43,652 bases of DNA from a virus. A program made the translations under genes and the position numbers. The notes under the pieces are model-generated. The model was not told where the DNA came from. It did no database searches and saw nothing but the letters and a program-made list of their open reading frames with translations. Shown piece by piece: positions 43,346 through 43,652 of the stretch. Every line of letters begins with the position of its first letter. Position 1 is the stretch's first letter. The stretch lies in the UHGV virus genome UHGV-0201380; one strand, 5' to 3'.

Positions 43346-43506
43346 TCGGTATCCTCTTGTGTTGTTCCTACTCGTATCACATTAATTCTCTGTGAATCAC
43401 AGAATCAAGCTAGAGTCAACAAATAATTTTATTTAATTATTTAGTTGACCCCAGTGTATTTCCATGCTACCCTAACCCCCTACACCACCCAAGGGTCCAC
43501 CTATCA

Positions 43507-43652
43507 CTATTCCACGATAAGCTTGTACTCCCCCGGGAAGAAGGTAACACCATCCCCCGGTCTACTTACTACTAGTCCAGGATAACTTAGTTCTATCTCC
43601 CCAGTAACCGGGTCGAAGAACATGACCGTGTGCCTCGTACCCGGGGCGAAGT
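43507..43652 (-). CDS. 3' portion of a small ORF truncated at the window edge (continues at 1..43 if the sequence is circular)
   Basis: The minus-strand frame is open from the window end to a TAG at about 43507. The same frame continues through the revcomp of positions 1..72 to an ATG at about 43..41 (GGAG upstream), giving a 65-aa ORF directly downstream of the DNA polymerase stop. Confidence 0.3.
   Translation of the reverse strand, partial: FAPGTRHTVMFFDPVTGEIELSYPGLVVSRPGDGVTFFPGEYKLIVE

Noticed and set aside
1-43652. Search for tRNA genes, CRISPR arrays, integrase/repressor (lysogeny) genes or transposases
   Set aside because: No cloverleaf-like candidates, no regularly spaced direct repeats with unique spacers, and no tyrosine/serine recombinase or repressor-like ORFs were seen. 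Gene content is that of a strictly lytic T7-supergroup phage. The repeat region at 11.4-12.2 kb has irregular units and spacing, unlike a CRISPR array.

Overview
The window reads as a complete, circularly permuted genome of a phiKMV-like (KP34/Drulisvirus-type) podovirus of the T7 supergroup, about 43.6 kb, reverse-complemented so that every credible gene lies on the minus strand. In phage orientation (decreasing coordinates, wrapping from 1 to 43652) the order is: repeat-rich terminus region (~11.4-12.2 kb), HNH endonuclease, early promoter region and small early genes (10.4-8.2 kb), a large acidic Cys-cluster protein, a metallopeptidase-like protein, primase, helicase, family A DNA polymerase, then (after the wrap) HNH, metallophosphoesterase, HNH-like protein, middle genes, 5'-3' exonuclease, endonuclease VII, single-subunit RNA polymerase directly upstream of the structural module (portal, scaffold, capsid, tail tubular A/B, three internal virion proteins, tail-fibre adaptor), small and large terminase, a lysis cassette (u-spanin-like lipoprotein, pinholin-like holin, SAR endolysin), a beta-helix tailspike and a final HNH endonuclease. 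No tRNA, CRISPR array or integrase was seen. All calls rest on motif and synteny recognition by eye; no search or computation was run. My hand-derived coordinates (refined starts, motifs, hairpins) may be off by 1-2 nt, because one hand check of the capsid start disagreed with the ORF track by one base; track coordinates are used wherever available. The most notable observations are a 17-bp motif present in three exact copies (candidate phage-RNAP promoter), a strong terminator after the capsid block preceded by two small accessory ORFs, a covarying hairpin element upstream of two early genes, and several uncharacterised early/middle proteins that are candidates for host takeover or anti-defence. 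No specific novel system could be demonstrated from sequence alone.
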